A DNA stretch of 64,000 nucleotides, taken from assembly GCF_006345805.1 (NCBI RefSeq), contig NC_042997.1:119846001-119910000 (forward strand), written 5' to 3'. Below are positions 13,106 through 27,720 of the stretch, in pieces. This stretch comes from Octopus sinensis. Lineage: Eukaryota. Position numbers and translations under genes: made by a program. The notes beneath the pieces are model-generated. The model made no database searches and was not told the DNA's origin. It worked only from the letters and a program-made list of their open reading frames with translations. Positions within the stretch are counted from its first letter, which is position 1. Each line of letters begins with the position of its first letter.

Positions 13106-13949
13106 TGCATTTTATGGATGTATTAATGAATGGACTACCAGTATGTTGCTCGCATTTTATCTTGCACTCGGAAGTGACAATGGCAATATTATTTTCGAAT
13201 GTATGTTAACGCAGAATTCAAAGCCTTGTAGCTAAATACAATTAGGCATTTTATCTTGCGCTCTTGCAAATCTGACATCGACAGCCTTATATTCATCAAT
13301 AAATATTTACAGACGAATGGCATGTAATATTTTAATGTTTCATATTAAATTACTCACGGGTATTGCGCTTGAATATAAAACTGATGTTAAAGATAAAAGC
13401 TTAGCATATCTGTTGGTGAATGCAAATAGGGTTATACTGCGAAGATCTTTTTTTATGTAATATGAGTAAGAATATTACAGAAGCTAGCAAATGATGTATG
13501 TGTAATTTACTTAAACATAGACACACACACCCAAACTGAAGCACACACGTGCGTGTATATTTTGATAAAGATGCGATATCAAATTCTTATAAAATCACAT
13601 ATGCGTACATACAAATATAACATTCTGTAGATGTGTTTATGTGGCTGTGAGTGTATGTGTGTGTGCGCGTGCGCGGTTGTTTCTGAGATTTATATCATAT
13701 TTTGCTGATGTAGTTTTTCGGTTATGCTTTTTAAAAATTATTCAGTTAATACATTTTTCAAATTGATGAATGGAATATTTAATTTGTACACAATCATGCA
13801 AATGTTTTGTCCGCATTCTCGGAAACCAGAAAAGAATACGGATTATACCTGGTAGCTGTCTAAGACAGCAGGCACATGAGATGTTTTGTTTGATAATCTC
13901 TAAATTTAATATCTCTGGAGCAATATTAAAAAAACAATGTTAAACATTA

Positions 13950-15460
13950 TAGGCGCAGGCGTGGCCGTGTGGTAAGCTTGCTTCCAATCTACGTGGTTCC
14001 GGTATCATCCCAATGCATGGTGCCATAAGCAAATGACTTCATAACCTTAGGGTGCCCCAAACCTTGCGAGTGGATTTGGTAGGTGGAAAATTTAAGAAGC
14101 CGGACGTATAAATATATATGTGTTTGTATGTGTAAGTGTGTGTGTGTATTATTTAATAAACACAATATATGTTTTTATATGCTACTATAAATTTCATGTG
14201 CTGAGAACATACCCTACATTGTTCTATAGCACGTCTCGTGTCCAAGCATATTCATCAGACACTGCTCTAAAGTCAGACATATTTGGTTCTCCACTCCCTT
14301 TTCATGTAACGTAAATAGTAACAAAGTTGAAAGATTCTTGTCTCGCCTAGATACACAGTTTCCAGAAAATCACAAACGCAGGAAAATATTTAACAGGTGG
14401 TCTGTGAAATAATCATATAGCTATTGTCCCAATATGAAGAAAATCATCCCACGAGACAACCAACAAGGGCCTACTCTCAGTTGTAACTTTATAGGCACAG
14501 GACCCTCTCGACCAGCGATGTATGATTAAATCCGTCATATATGAGGCAGAAGTTACTGCAATGACAGAAACTAATACAACTTATAAGTACAATTATATCG
14601 GACTATGCGAAGACAATTCAAAATTCGCTACGATAAACACATATTTGCATTCCAACATAGGTACAAAATTAAAACTACTAAGTTATCTAGCCATGTATCT
14701 AGTTTCAAATAGAACCCAAAACCACATACCATAAAGGGAAAATAATCGAATAATCTGCACAATATGTTAACTGATCAAGAGAATGTAAGCTATGCATAGT
14801 TGAAAAAATTCAGAGCCTTTTCAGGTCTAAGAATTCTAACTCACTGCTGAACTCTAAATCTGAAATTTTCAGCGGTTGTATGCATATGCGTAGGTTCTTG
14901 ATGAAGAATTGGGAAGTGCTTCCCCCAGCGCATTAAATCTGTATCATAAACTCTACACCACTATCTTTTCAGCCTAATAACTAACAGTCTAAGGGAAATA
15001 AGTTAACTCTTTTTTTGCTTTTGCTTCTTTGTGATTACTTTTCGTTTTCCGGTATTTTAACCTTCCACTTTTTATATATACTGCCTTCTTGCCTTTTCTC
15101 GGTTCTTCTCGTAGTTAATTATACCAAGTGGTCAGTGTTTGATGATTGTGCTGGGACACCGGACGTGCTATAAAACAATGTTTAGCTTGTTCTCAGCACT
15201 TGAAACGTATTTATTTAGCAATATTTATCTCTCATGAAATGGAGTAAAATGTTTATCTTATCACCACTGAACCGTACATTATATATGTGTGTGTATTTGT
15301 CCCCAACCACTGCTTCACAACTGGAATTCGTGTGTTTATGTCCACGTAACTTAACAGTTCATCAAAAGACATAGGTAGAATAAGTGCCACGAATTTGAAA
15401 ACAACATTAAGTGCTCTTCAAGGTGTGATCCAGTGATTGAAGCTTGTAACGAATGAAGTA
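13950..15460 (+). mobile_element. SINE family A split by a PLE relic
   Basis: SINE head at 13950-14110 and SINE 3' half at 15285-15460 flank the PLE. Confidence 0.65.
14170..15280 (+). mobile_element. Decayed Penelope-like element (GIY-YIG region) with inverted terminal copy
   Basis: KSVIYEAEVT..NYIGLCE and CKLCIVEK..LLNSKSEIFSGCMH. 14182-14265 is the inverse of 15132-15220; both carry decayed hammerhead cores. Confidence 0.75.
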
Positions 15461-16423
15461 TTATGTTTAGCTTTATCTTTTCTTGCTCATCATTCTACCA
15501 TTTTTCTCCTTCATCTAGATGAAAAGCAAAAAAACAAAACAAAACAAAAACAACAACAAAAAACATCAATTTGTTGTATGCATTCATACTGTGGAGAAAT
15601 CATTTGAAATATACAAACATTGTATATTATCTACGTTAATCTGGTACAAATCATTCGACATTTCAAACATAATATGTTGTAGCCCTTATAATTCCATGTA
15701 ATGTCTTCTTCCGACAACACAACAACTCTTGTAACATCGACGCGATGTTGCCAGTTGTAATCCATTTTTATCACTATTGTCGCGAGAGTGTTTTTATGAA
15801 AGTGGTCCCTTCCAAATCCTTTTGGGGCATCTCACCTAACTTGAAAACCATGAAGTCTTCATCCAACTTGTGTCTTACTTGCATAAATATGGATACCATA
15901 CTAGGGCATTTATTTCTTGAACTGCCAGAATTCGGAACTCTCGTCTGTCTCATTCTTTTCTTTATTCTTACGAACTGTCAGACTTTGTAACTCCTTTCCA
16001 TCCCATTGCTTTCTTCATTCTTATGATCTGAACTTTTAGAAACACAGAGTAAATGTATTCTTTTCAATTTCATTTCTCCATCATTATATTTTACAGAGTG
16101 ACTTCTCGTCTTGTCTCGGACTTCCAAATAAGAAGGAAAAAATGACAAACTACTTTCTACCTAAACTAGGGCGCTGGATCTGGGAATAAAAGTAATCTTA
16201 CATAGAAAATATAAGATATACTATCAGAATTTTAATGTTTCGTACATCCATAGATGCTTAATTTATAAAAGTAATTTCACTTTCTCCAGCGAAACAACGA
16301 CGCACATGTACAGCATTCTACAACAAATGTGTACGAGTGTAACCGTTAGTTTAAAAGGGATACGCAAACAAGATTATTAGGGAATTTCCATCAACTGTTA
16401 GAATATGATATTTACAAATATAA

Positions 16424-16625
16424 AGGCGGCAAACTGGCAGAGTCGTTAGAGAGTCGGTCAAAATGCTTAGCGGCATTTCACGCGGTTTCACGTTCTGAGT
16501 TCAAATGGTGAACTTTGACTTTCATCCTTCCTGGGTCGATAACATAGATACCAGTAGAGCACTGCAGACAGTGTAATCGACTTACCCTCTCCCCGAAATT
16601 GCTGGCCTGATGCCAAATTTGAAAT
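16424..16625 (+). mobile_element. tRNA-derived SINE (family B)
   Basis: GGCGGCAAACTGGCAG..TGAGTTCAAAT (B box). Homologous to copies at 30585, 44985, 48330 and 58430. Confidence 0.75.
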
Positions 16626-17692
16626 CAATAATTAGAAATATATTTTTTAACAAATTCTTAACAATTTAATCGTTGAGGAAACGCAAAAGACATTTTGTAA
16701 AGATATAGTAAATAGAACAATTAATTTTAAAAAGTATCCCAATAAAAATAAAGAAACAAAAAAAAATAATAAATACTCCAAACAACAAAGCTTTCTTTTC
16801 TGTATAATATCATAGCAAACTCGTTCCTTCGTTTACTTTTAACGAAAATGAAGCAGTCATGTATAACTTATATCTTTTTGGTTCTACATTGTGAAGGGAA
16901 GGATGGAGCTAATTATACGAATTGTCACCATCCTATTAATTAGTCAATATAAAATAATTATATGAGCACAGTACTAAATAATTAGTGGCACTCCTACATG
17001 CGGCAACCATATAATTTTCAATTTTCAATCTGAATGCCCCCCTCCGAGTTTAGCAACCATCACTCTTTCATACAAGACACTCATCACAGTCAAATCAAAT
17101 CTCAAATAAAAATATAATTTTTCAAATACTCTTTTATAAAACGTTCCTAAATTTCGTATCTATTAGTATTGATCGGAACCAAAGCTTTTGCTGTCTCATA
17201 AAACATTATATAGATAAATGTTTTCGTAAATTGAAAATATATATATTTCAACAACGGCGAATAACAAAGACAAAACAATTACCAAAATTACACATATGTA
17301 ATTAATGCAGACATCTGTATATCTATTTACATGTTTATCAATATTTCTATCTTCTAAATATGAATCTAACTGTCTGTCCTTCGGTAAATACAAACACAGA
17401 CACGCACACACACACGCGCGCGCGGACCCCCCCCCCCCACGCGCATACATACAAACGCACGTTCTCAAAGCCACTCACCTAATGACGTAACGGTACACAC
17501 CCACTGCTGAATCGTATTTTTATATATGATATTTGTATAATAGTATATGGTACTCTCAGCAACTGTAACAGCTGTTAGCAGTGCGCAGAAACACATATAA
17601 CAATATAATCGTTGTGAACTTGAATTTTCTACACCTGAGGTATTTCGGCTATGGCTCGGATCCCGATACTTTGGATAGCCCAGTATAGGGGC

Positions 17693-17734
<42 letters not shown>

Positions 17735-17876
17735 TGGAACATGATAGTACCAGCCTTGCTAGAAATAAGAGTCGAAAAATACTTAAATAAGCCACAATAT
17801 CACTGGAAATTTAACAAGGTGACCAAATATATTTATGTGTGTAAGTACATATATAGGTGTGTGTATGCACACGCAT

Positions 17877-17935
<59 letters not shown>

Positions 17936-18589
17936 TCCATGTGTGCGTATGTGTGCCTGTGTGTATTATGTTTGTGTTCGTCCCCTATCACCAGTTGACA
18001 ATCGGTGTTGATGTGTTTACATCCACATAACATAGCAGCTCGGCAAAGAGACCGATTGAATTAGTACCACGCGTTAAATAAATAAGCGCTGGTGTCGATT
18101 CTTTCGAGTACATTCTTCAATGCGTAATAACAACCTTAATAATCTTCGTTTGTCTTTCTGGACAACTGACGAAAGATATCGCATTGGAGAGGAAGATGGA
18201 GCAATGTGTTCCCAGTATGTGTTCCCAGTAGGGCCGCTGCATGTTCAGAAGGCACTGCCACAGGCCGGGCATTGAAGCCCGCCTGGGACTAAAGGCAAAG
18301 ATTTGGCTCATGCCATTTTCCACACACACACACACATACAAATAATCGTACACACACACATTCACATATACATGTGTATATACATCCACACATTCATACA
18401 TGCATGCTTACCCATATACATATATACATACATACAACCATGTTGTTCGTGTTGAAATTCCAATGAAGGAGTCTTAGATCTAGGTTAGAAACCGGTTCTT
18501 TCATTATCAGAAAACAAATCTTGAAATACACTGAATAATGACATACATGCATACATAAATACATACATATATGCATACTTACAGGAAAT

Positions 18590-19530
18590 ATCATCCAATT
18601 ACCTGATGCACAACATGGATAGAGATGCGTGCTAAGCTGTAAGATGTGCCAACCGATTCAGACTCTGTGGAGTTCATATTGAAGATATCATGCACATCAT
18701 AAGCAGCTGTCTGAAAATGTCATCACGGTATTATCTACCGATGAGATATGATGTTGTATCTAGGATACTCGGCAGTAAAATCCGCTGGAAGGATAATCCC
18801 TAGGACAAAAGATTGACAACACACAATATGATAGAAGTCATAGCCACTCAAGTAAAAAGGAATACTGGTGAAATGTACCTGTGAAAACCTCAAAAAAGAT
18901 ATAAGCACAATAGACCTGATATAATGATTTGGGATAGAGAAGAGAAACTGTGCACAGTTGTAGAAATTAGCTGCCCAGTGGATATTTACATAAAGCTGAA
19001 GATCAGTGAAAAAGAGAACACCTATGCTGAACTATTGAGAAATCTGCAGTTTCTCCATCCATATTACAGGTTCAGGTTTATACCTGTAATTATTGGGACC
19101 CTGGAATATGCAACACTCTGTCTAAATACCTATCTTGATAAATTACACTTCTCAAAACCAGAAAGGAGAAAGCTAATTCGAAGACCAGAGATCCAATCCA
19201 TCACTGGAACTGTAAAATCTGTACAATGTTCCAGAAATTTATCATTTTAATATATAGGAGTATGTCTAAATATGCAACTATATGCATGAGAATACATACA
19301 TGCATAACACATACATACATACATACATACATACATACATACATACATACATACATACATACATACATACATACATACATACATACGTACGTACATATAT
19401 ACTTACATGCAACAATACCCTGTTGTTGATGTTGAAATTCCAATGAAGGAGCCTTGGATCTAGGTTAGAAAACGATTCTTTCTCTAATGGCAAGAATTAT
19501 TGAAATAAACTGAATAATGATGTACATAAA
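18590..19530 (+). mobile_element. R4/Dong-type non-LTR retrotransposon 3' fragment (zinc knuckle + restriction-like endonuclease)
   Basis: CKMC..HIISSC..RYDVV and HNRPDIMIWD..VVEISCP, followed by (TACA)n. Homologous segment at 59410-59800. Confidence 0.75.
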
Positions 19531-21019
19531 AACATGCATACATATATACATCCATCTAATCATCCATACATACATACATACATATATATACATACACACA
19601 TGCATGCATACATACATACATACAGACATACATATGTATATCTAATTCCTCGCATCTATTAAAGAGCCCTGGAAATCTTGTAAAAGCCTCCAGGTCTTTC
19701 AGCCCTACAAACACATATATATTGAAAAACATTTGCGGACGACGGAAATATTGCTCTCATTTTAACAATATTAGAGCCATACCTGCGCCGATTCATAATA
19801 TGATGCACAGAAATAATGCTACACACGGTCTAACCATATAATTTGCTTCATATGCAAACTTTGTAGTGCGTTTTCACTGGGAAAAGTAGCCATCGCATTG
19901 CTAGTCCAATTTGGGAGCACATACTGTGCACACTACTAAGTATGGCTCGTCAAATTGTAGCCATCCACGTCAGCGCTACACGAGATTCCATCAGTTATTT
20001 TACAAGAGAGAACAATGTCTCGTTTTCGGAGTTGCAATCACGTCAATGACATCTTTAAATGTACATTTTTCCTTCTGTTCTCTCGCTTCATTTTAGTTCT
20101 TGTATTTTCCTTAACTCCTCTTTTTCCCTTCATCTCATTTCGGAACTTCTCTATTTCTTCTCATTCCATTATTCTTTCTTCTTTTTTAAACTGTTTCCCC
20201 GTCACTTCTTGCTTATTTATGAAACCCACATTTACTGCGATACTCGCAGTTGCAGCGGGTGATTTTTAAATCTTTGGATGTCAAACCATGCTGTTTCATT
20301 AATACTTCATTAATGTCTCTCCTTTTAACTATCCCCCTGAAGAATGACTATATCCGAAACGTTATATTTTTTTTATTGCTGACTGCAAACTCACTCTCAT
20401 CGTTCTATCAATTTTACTACATAATGTGTCATACAAACAGAACAGTCTTATTGTCACTTGTTTTAGCATATGTATGAAATACACACACAAAAACAACACA
20501 CTCATACGGGTATGTGTGTGTGTGGTACTGTCTGTGTATTCGTGACAGAAGGTACTAAGTGGTAACCGTATTGCTAGAAATAAAATTCAAAACAACACAA
20601 CTGTCTCAAAAGCACTATCATAATGACTAACAAGAGAGATAAGCTCACTTGCGGACATATCCAGGTCACCAGTGAGTTCGAATATTAATGCAGAGCATTT
20701 TAATGCTTACTGGTGGTCCTACCAAACCTAATATTAAACTCAAATCTGCTTGTCAGCCTATGGGATAAGCGTTGATTTCAAAGAGGGTAAAAGTGAAAAC
20801 TATAAATAATATGGGTGGGTAATCAATTTAACAGTGCAAAGACGAACTTAAAGACCGGTGATCTGCTAGGGATTCGCTTGGGAGATTGTCTCCCTTGTCA
20901 GTCCATGCGACAGTGCCTTTGGGGATATTGCGTTGTTTTGATTTATTTCTAGTAATGCAGGGAAGAACGTAGTACTTTCTATCAAATTTGTGATGTCTTT
21001 AAATTTGGCGTTAAGTTGC

Positions 21020-21056
<37 letters not shown>

Positions 21057-21059
21057 ACA

Positions 21060-21131
<72 letters not shown>

Positions 21132-21166
21132 TATATTATATATATATATATATTATATATATATAT

Positions 21167-21570
21167 AAAGGGTGTGGTGGATAAACTGTCGTCCAAATTG
21201 CGGCAAAAATAGAAATAACAGTGACATCTCATTTTAACAGATATATTTGCAAAAATTACATAAAAATATCTTAAATTACCAAAGCGTAAATTTATTTACA
21301 GAAATCGCCATTGTCTTCAAACACGGCCTCTAGACGTCTTCGGTCTCTCCTGCAACTCATCTGGACGGTCTCCTTTAAGTTGGTGAATGCGCGCCTTTAG
21401 CCAATCTTTGGTGTTACAAGGAATTTCGTTGGTCTCGCGAAACTGCTCCCAGACATATTAATTAAATAGGCTGCACTGTGGGGAGTTTGATGACCAGATG
21501 TTAGGGCTGATATGGTCGCAGAAATTTTCTGACAGCCACGACAGTGTTCTCCTGCTTGTGTGGCCTATAA
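21167..21570 (-). mobile_element. 3' end of Tc1/mariner (maT-like) element
   Basis: Reverse-complement homology to 36520-36857 and 38150-38220; encodes a PNIWSSNSPQCSL motif (WPPNSPD-like). Confidence 0.7.
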
Positions 21571-21663
21571 AATGACGACAATATACATATTGCACGCTGT
21601 ATTATGTGTGTTTGTGTGTGTGTGTGCTTGCGTGTGCGTAATCATATATATTTACATACATAC

Positions 21664-21701
<38 letters not shown>

Positions 21702-21727
21702 TTAGGGATTTGGGTAGATAAGATCAG

Positions 21728-21811
21728 GGCTACACATGTTTCATAGCGAACGGAACCTCGGAAGTGGTACGTATCCAAACGAGGTGTATACCGCATGCTA
21801 CTCTTCAAGCC
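21728..21811 (-). ncRNA. Type I hammerhead with extended stem II, C3U change
   Basis: GGC-TTGAAGA-GTAGC..GCGG..ACCTCG/CGAGGT..CCGT..GCTAT-GAAA-CATGTG-TA-GCC, in a ~300 bp segment between microsatellite tracts. Confidence 0.7.
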
Positions 21812-22041
21812 AAGGTTGTCTTGATTAAATGAAAGTTTACAGTGTCGTAAATGAGGTACACGTTAACACATGGAAGATTCAATTAGAGTGTCTGGGGTGC
21901 ACTGCTTTTTTAATATATTTACTACGGTTTGCTTTAAGCTTACCTTCTTCCTACACCTCCATCCTTGGATGCTATATAAATCTACATAGGATACTTGTCT
22001 GTCTCCCCCTCTCTCTCATTCCTCTCTCTCTCTATGTATAT

Positions 22042-22085
<44 letters not shown>

Positions 22086-22118
22086 AATACATATATATAT
22101 ACATATATATATATTATA

Positions 22119-22199
<81 letters not shown>

Positions 22200-22624
22200 C
22201 GCAGCATTGCACCTAAGGAATTCTGGGCTTATTTCCACAAGATCGGAAAGTTGAATTGTGCACATTTATAGCTTCGTGTTTCTTCGTCTCCTGATTCATT
22301 TCCTCCTGTCCTCTATGTCGTCATTTCATTAATCTATACCCTTCCCATTTTCACTATTTGTCTGCGACGACGGAATACCACATGCTCTGACATATCACAG
22401 AAAAAAAATGAAAGGCTTTGATTGTTTTTTCCAGTAATAATAATGTATATAACTTGAGATGTTTGATTAGCCTTACCATTTGTTGTGTACCGTCTCGTCT
22501 ATAACGTTAGAACCCTAGTAATCCGCTATTGCACTTAACTAGCGTACGGAATTGTTTAGATCACTTGTGAACTAAACTCCTATATTTTGTGTGTGTGTAT
22601 ATAATGCATATATTTTATTTATTA

Positions 22625-22686
<62 letters not shown>

Positions 22687-22870
22687 AAATAATATGGGTG
22701 AAAAATTGAACAATATTTTGATTAATTTAAAACCAGTTGTCTAGCATATTAAAATATGAAGATACAGAAAATTATGTATGTAATATGTATATATGTATAT
22801 ATGTATATATATAAGAAATAAGAAAAATGGATAATACGCACACTTACATAGTTTTAATATAATTTTTAAT

Positions 22871-22905
22871 ATATCGACCGGTTTCGCTATCGCTATTCAT
22901 GATAT
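22871..22905 (-). ncRNA. Minimal type I hammerhead, A3-U8 compensatory variant
   Basis: ATATC-ATGAATA-GC(GATA)GC-GAAA-CCGG-TC-GATAT; ~190 bp from a (TA)n-abutting terminus similar to 62185-62246. Confidence 0.7.
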
Positions 22906-24695
22906 TATGTTTTACTTATTTGAATATGTATTTTTTCTTAAGAAGAAATTTTGTCCATGTTTTCTGTGATGAAATTCACGAGTGAATGACTTCAAAAGTT
23001 GATAAAATAGGGGCGCTAATTGGTTATTTTTGTTATTGTTGCGGGTAAGGGAGATAACTGTTCAGCTTTTGCTAATGTTAGGGGATTATATATATATACA
23101 AAGACAAGTTTCGAAAACCTTGTTTAGTGAGGGAATATATGTACAGTGATTTAATCGTGGATTGAAATATGTAAAAAAATAAAAGTTGGTTATGCGTGCA
23201 TATTAAGACGTGTTCAGTATTTTTCAAGGAAAAAAGTTTATTGATTTAAAAGTTCTAGTGGAGAGATTGTGTCTTTGCATATAAGCGTAAGCGTTTGTGA
23301 AATATATATCTTATTCTTGTTTTAGTAAATTTAAAAATGTTTTTCAAAATACTGTTTCAGTTCGCAAGATTTCATGTAATGTGTTTAATAACCATCTTAA
23401 GTCCATTCGAATACGGTTTTATATATTGTTGATAATTTGTTCTAGTGCTTGAACTGCCTTTCCTCTAGTGCTTGCTCTGTCCTTTCATTTCACAGTATTT
23501 TGTTGTTCGTTTCTAAAGGATTTCGTATCAGCATTGCCACATTTCTAACTAGTTATGCTTTTATGCATATATGTACACATTTATACTCATAGACAGCTAA
23601 GTATAGTTTTCTGTATCTCCAGTCCAGTTTGATGAATTATCCTATGATTAATTGGACATACTCCTTGGTTTTTTATTGTTTTCATCAAATATGTAATTGT
23701 CTTAAAGATATCGATATACATTAATATGCGTAATGCATTTATTCTCGTCCATGTGACAGGTTCTTTAAACATCTTATCGTAGGATTTGAGAGCCTCATTA
23801 CAATACATTCTAGCAGTCCGTATCTCTACGAAATAATAATAATAATGTTGAAAACCTTAAAATAAGTTGATATACAGTGATAAATTACTTTTCCTAATAT
23901 CATCTTCATACATGAAAGAAACTATTTATCGATGTACATTAATAGACTTTCTAACAAATGTTGTTATCGCCAGATGTATCCCTTTTGATATGGAGCTGAT
24001 ATGCATTGAACCACAGTTTGCAGTGAAACCTGAGATTTGCAGAGCATATGCATCTTTCCATATTAGAACATACCTTTGAGAATGTTGCTCACTAATGCAA
24101 TTTTATATAAATAAAACAAAAACATGTTACCAATCTTTTAATCTCAAATATATCCAGTTTTTACGTGGCAATTGACAATTTAGTTATACACACGATGATT
24201 ATTTATGCTGTACTCATTCTCACATGTGAAAACGAGTGTTGCTATATATCAGCTTTCCGAATAACCTATACGTTGTGCAGCTACATATTGCATAGACCTA
24301 CACACGATGATTGATGATCAAATGCAAACATATATTCACAGTGCAACATCATGCAATTCCTAAATGCTAAATATGTTAAATTTATAAAACTGAAAATATC
24401 TACCAAATAGAAAATAAAAACCTCACTCATGACTACATAATGCATTTTGATCGAAATTTGTGGACTCTGTATATGAACAATCTAGTGTGTTTGTTTTAAT
24501 GATCTACCAATGTAGAGAGTAAGTTTCTCTGCCACAGGAGTCAGGAATCCACTCAGCAAAGAATGGCGAAAATTGAAAGACGATGAAAATGAAGATAATA
24601 TTAAGAAGAAGAAATAAATGGAGAGTATACAGATGAAAAGTTGATTCCAGATAACGGTGAAAGTCAAATATTTTCGAGTAATATATATAAAGATC

Positions 24696-24730
<35 letters not shown>

Positions 24731-24739
24731 TAATAATAA

Positions 24740-25760
24740 TAATAATGACAACAACCATGAAATTTGAGTAAGAAAATGCACTAACGCAACCTGGAAAAAT
24801 AGAAAAACTAGGTATGAATAGCAATATGACACTAGATAAAGTTAATAAAATGATAGACTTAGACCAAAGCCAGACGTACAAATATTTAGGCATCAATGAG
24901 CTTAGTACGGTAACCACACACAGAAATGAAAGATACGATCAGGAAGAAATACTATAGACAAGTTAGATTGATATTTAACCAGGTCTCAATGCGATAACCA
25001 GCTGATAAGTATCAACTCTCTAGTTGTCTCATCCGTAATTTACAGTTACAATATTCTTAACTGGGCACTAAATTAACAAATTAAACTCGTCAGGAAAGTA
25101 ACAAAATATCATGATATCATTTAGGATGCTCCATGCAATGGCTGCCATAGAAAGTTTATATATACAACGAATTGAAGATAGTAGAGGTCTTATACGACTT
25201 GGAAACTACCATAACCACCATAGGCTTACGATATACGTAATTGATAAGCAAGGAAGAAAATTAGCACAAATAATAAGACACGAGCACAATAAACTGTTCT
25301 CTGTCTTTAAGGAAGCCGAAAAATACAAGCAAGAAGTCATAATACTTAACAATTATGTTGAAAAATATCAAGCAACTGATATCTAAACTAAAACTGGTAA
25401 AATTCCGAAACTTTCTGAGAAGCTAAATATTTAAAGTAGAGATTAATGATTTTGATTTGTGCCCCAAATTCAAAGCATCCCTACCAGAAACCACTAGAAA
25501 TACATAATGAAGAAACGTGCGCGTAACTGTAAAATATGTGGTGATAGGAATAAACAATAAATCGTATTGTCTCTGTCTTCCCAGTCAGGGTTAAGGAGGA
25601 ATATATTCACAGACATGACAGGTTGGGACCTTTAAACATCGAAAGCTATACCAACAATGGATCTACGACTGAAAAAAAGGTGGTATAGACATAATGCAGA
25701 AATTGTGTCAGAAAAGATCAAGCAGCCAAACTGTGGGATATTCCAATTTACACAGATTTA
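24740..25760 (+). mobile_element. Decayed R4/Dong-type LINE RT/C-terminal fragment
   Basis: YKYLGINE, RKKYYRQVRLI and LYIQRIEDSRGL motifs; preceded by (TAA)n. Confidence 0.7.
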
Positions 25761-26499
25761 AATATGACTCTTGCTGTATATATGCTTCGAAACAATCATG
25801 AACTTTGAAAATCTATAAAACCTTCTTTCGTAAAATCATTACTCATGTCCAGAATAGCTTTGGTGTCGACCGAAGTATACCTGGATATCAGAAGTGTTTT
25901 GTCGTTTGTTGGTGGTGTTTGTCTTAGCGTTTTTAAATGTTATTAGTTAATTTGTTTCAGAATAATTCTCTATAATTTTGAATAAATCATTACTAATTCT
26001 ACCAAGAAAATTTTTTCTTTCATTGTTGCCTGGTTTTGAAATTTCGATTGTTACAGTTGATGTATGTTTGGCGAAGAGTATTTTGTCTTATTTTGACACA
26101 AATATCCCAATATCTAGTGCATATGATTTTAATTTGACAGCTATATCCTAACATATCTTGTTCTTTTTGGATGAATATTTTCATGAAGTGACAGCGCGAA
26201 GGGGAAATTGCATCTCTGTCACCATCACCAATGTCGTTGATTATACTTTAGTGTAATTTAAAACTCATTTCTTTAGTGTTTTCCACGATATAAATATACT
26301 TTTATGCAAATAATTATGCGATGTGTTGACAAAACTACAGCCAGATGTGCACTATTCATGACAAAGTTTCCTGCCAATCAACATTCCATTTGCCTTCCAC
26401 GAAATATATAGTATGTTTTTGCAACGTTTATGGTGTGGTCGTCTCAGTTACATTCTATGATCGAATCGAGTTACTTAAGAGCGCTACTGAAATCCTCTT

Positions 26500-27720
26500 C
26501 TGAAGAATTAAAAATGTTATGGGAGTAATGCAAAGGCCTATTATATGCAGTCACTGTTACTGAGAATAATCCATGTTGGAGCGGATTTAAGATAATTCAG
26601 CTCTATAGAATGTCAGTTATCGGTTATCTCACCAGCAACTTGAATAGTTTAATGATTAGAATTTTACACATATGGATAGTGTGTCCATTCCTTGTTATGA
26701 ATTTGAAATCATAGTGTAGAAGTATTGCTGCTAACGTGCTAATAGCTTGAATGCGGTTCTTGAATTTGAATTCTATTTTCAGCTCCAGCATTTTCTCTTC
26801 GTTAGCATATCTTTCGAGTGTTCACATTCATCTCTGCGTCCTAATTACCAGTAACTTCATTAATGCAAAAATTATTTTAGGTTTCTTCAGGATGCAGGTC
26901 ATCTAGATTGATTTTTGAGTCAGAATGAATACATGATGTTATTATCAGATTTCTCCTCAAAAATATGCGCCTATAATTACTGTGATAAATTTTACCCGCA
27001 CTTTCCATTGTCTTTGTAATTCGATAGCTACGTCCTGGTACTTTGCTATTTTTTCTATTCCTCTCATATTGAATTTCTCATCATTTAAGATGTAAAGTCA
27101 ATTATCTGGCACTTTCTATTCTTTTTCTTTACTACTACTGGATCAGCATTTATCATATATTTTCCTCACAGAATAAATATAAAATAAGTTGATGTTATTT
27201 TCTTTATCTTAACTGTTCAGCTTTCACAAAAACTCTTACACAGAGAATAAGCATATGAGTAGTTCAAATGCATCATCTTCATAAATTTTTATCTCAAACA
27301 ACTGTAACATCTATCATAGCAATTTATCTTTTTATGGCATAAATAATATCTGGTTTAATGTGTTCAGTTGGTATGTTTCACACCGGGCATACTATTATGG
27401 TCTTTTCCTACGGTTTACCAGAAATCCACCCCCACGTCCTCTGCTCTAATTTTTTCCTTCTGAGTGAAGATCTGCATTATTTCTTTCGCTGTTGTTTTCT
27501 AATGCACCTCCTTAGATATCTTGCAGCCCCACTACTGCCAGATAGCGTTTTATTATTAATATATTCTTACTTGTATCACGTACTTTCACTGTACTACAGA
27601 GCGCAGCTCTAAGTGCCATGGGTATGAGCTGTGGATTGTTTTGATATTAATTTTACTATACTGAAAAGCTTACCGTAAGATGTGTGCGTTCCTAATAGTG
27701 CTGCTTTCTGTATGCTATAT
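26500..27720 (-). mobile_element. Decayed R4/Dong-type LINE fragments
   Basis: NSKNRIQAISTLA, EKIAKYQDVAIELQRQWK and QKAALLGT terminal motif. Confidence 0.55.
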
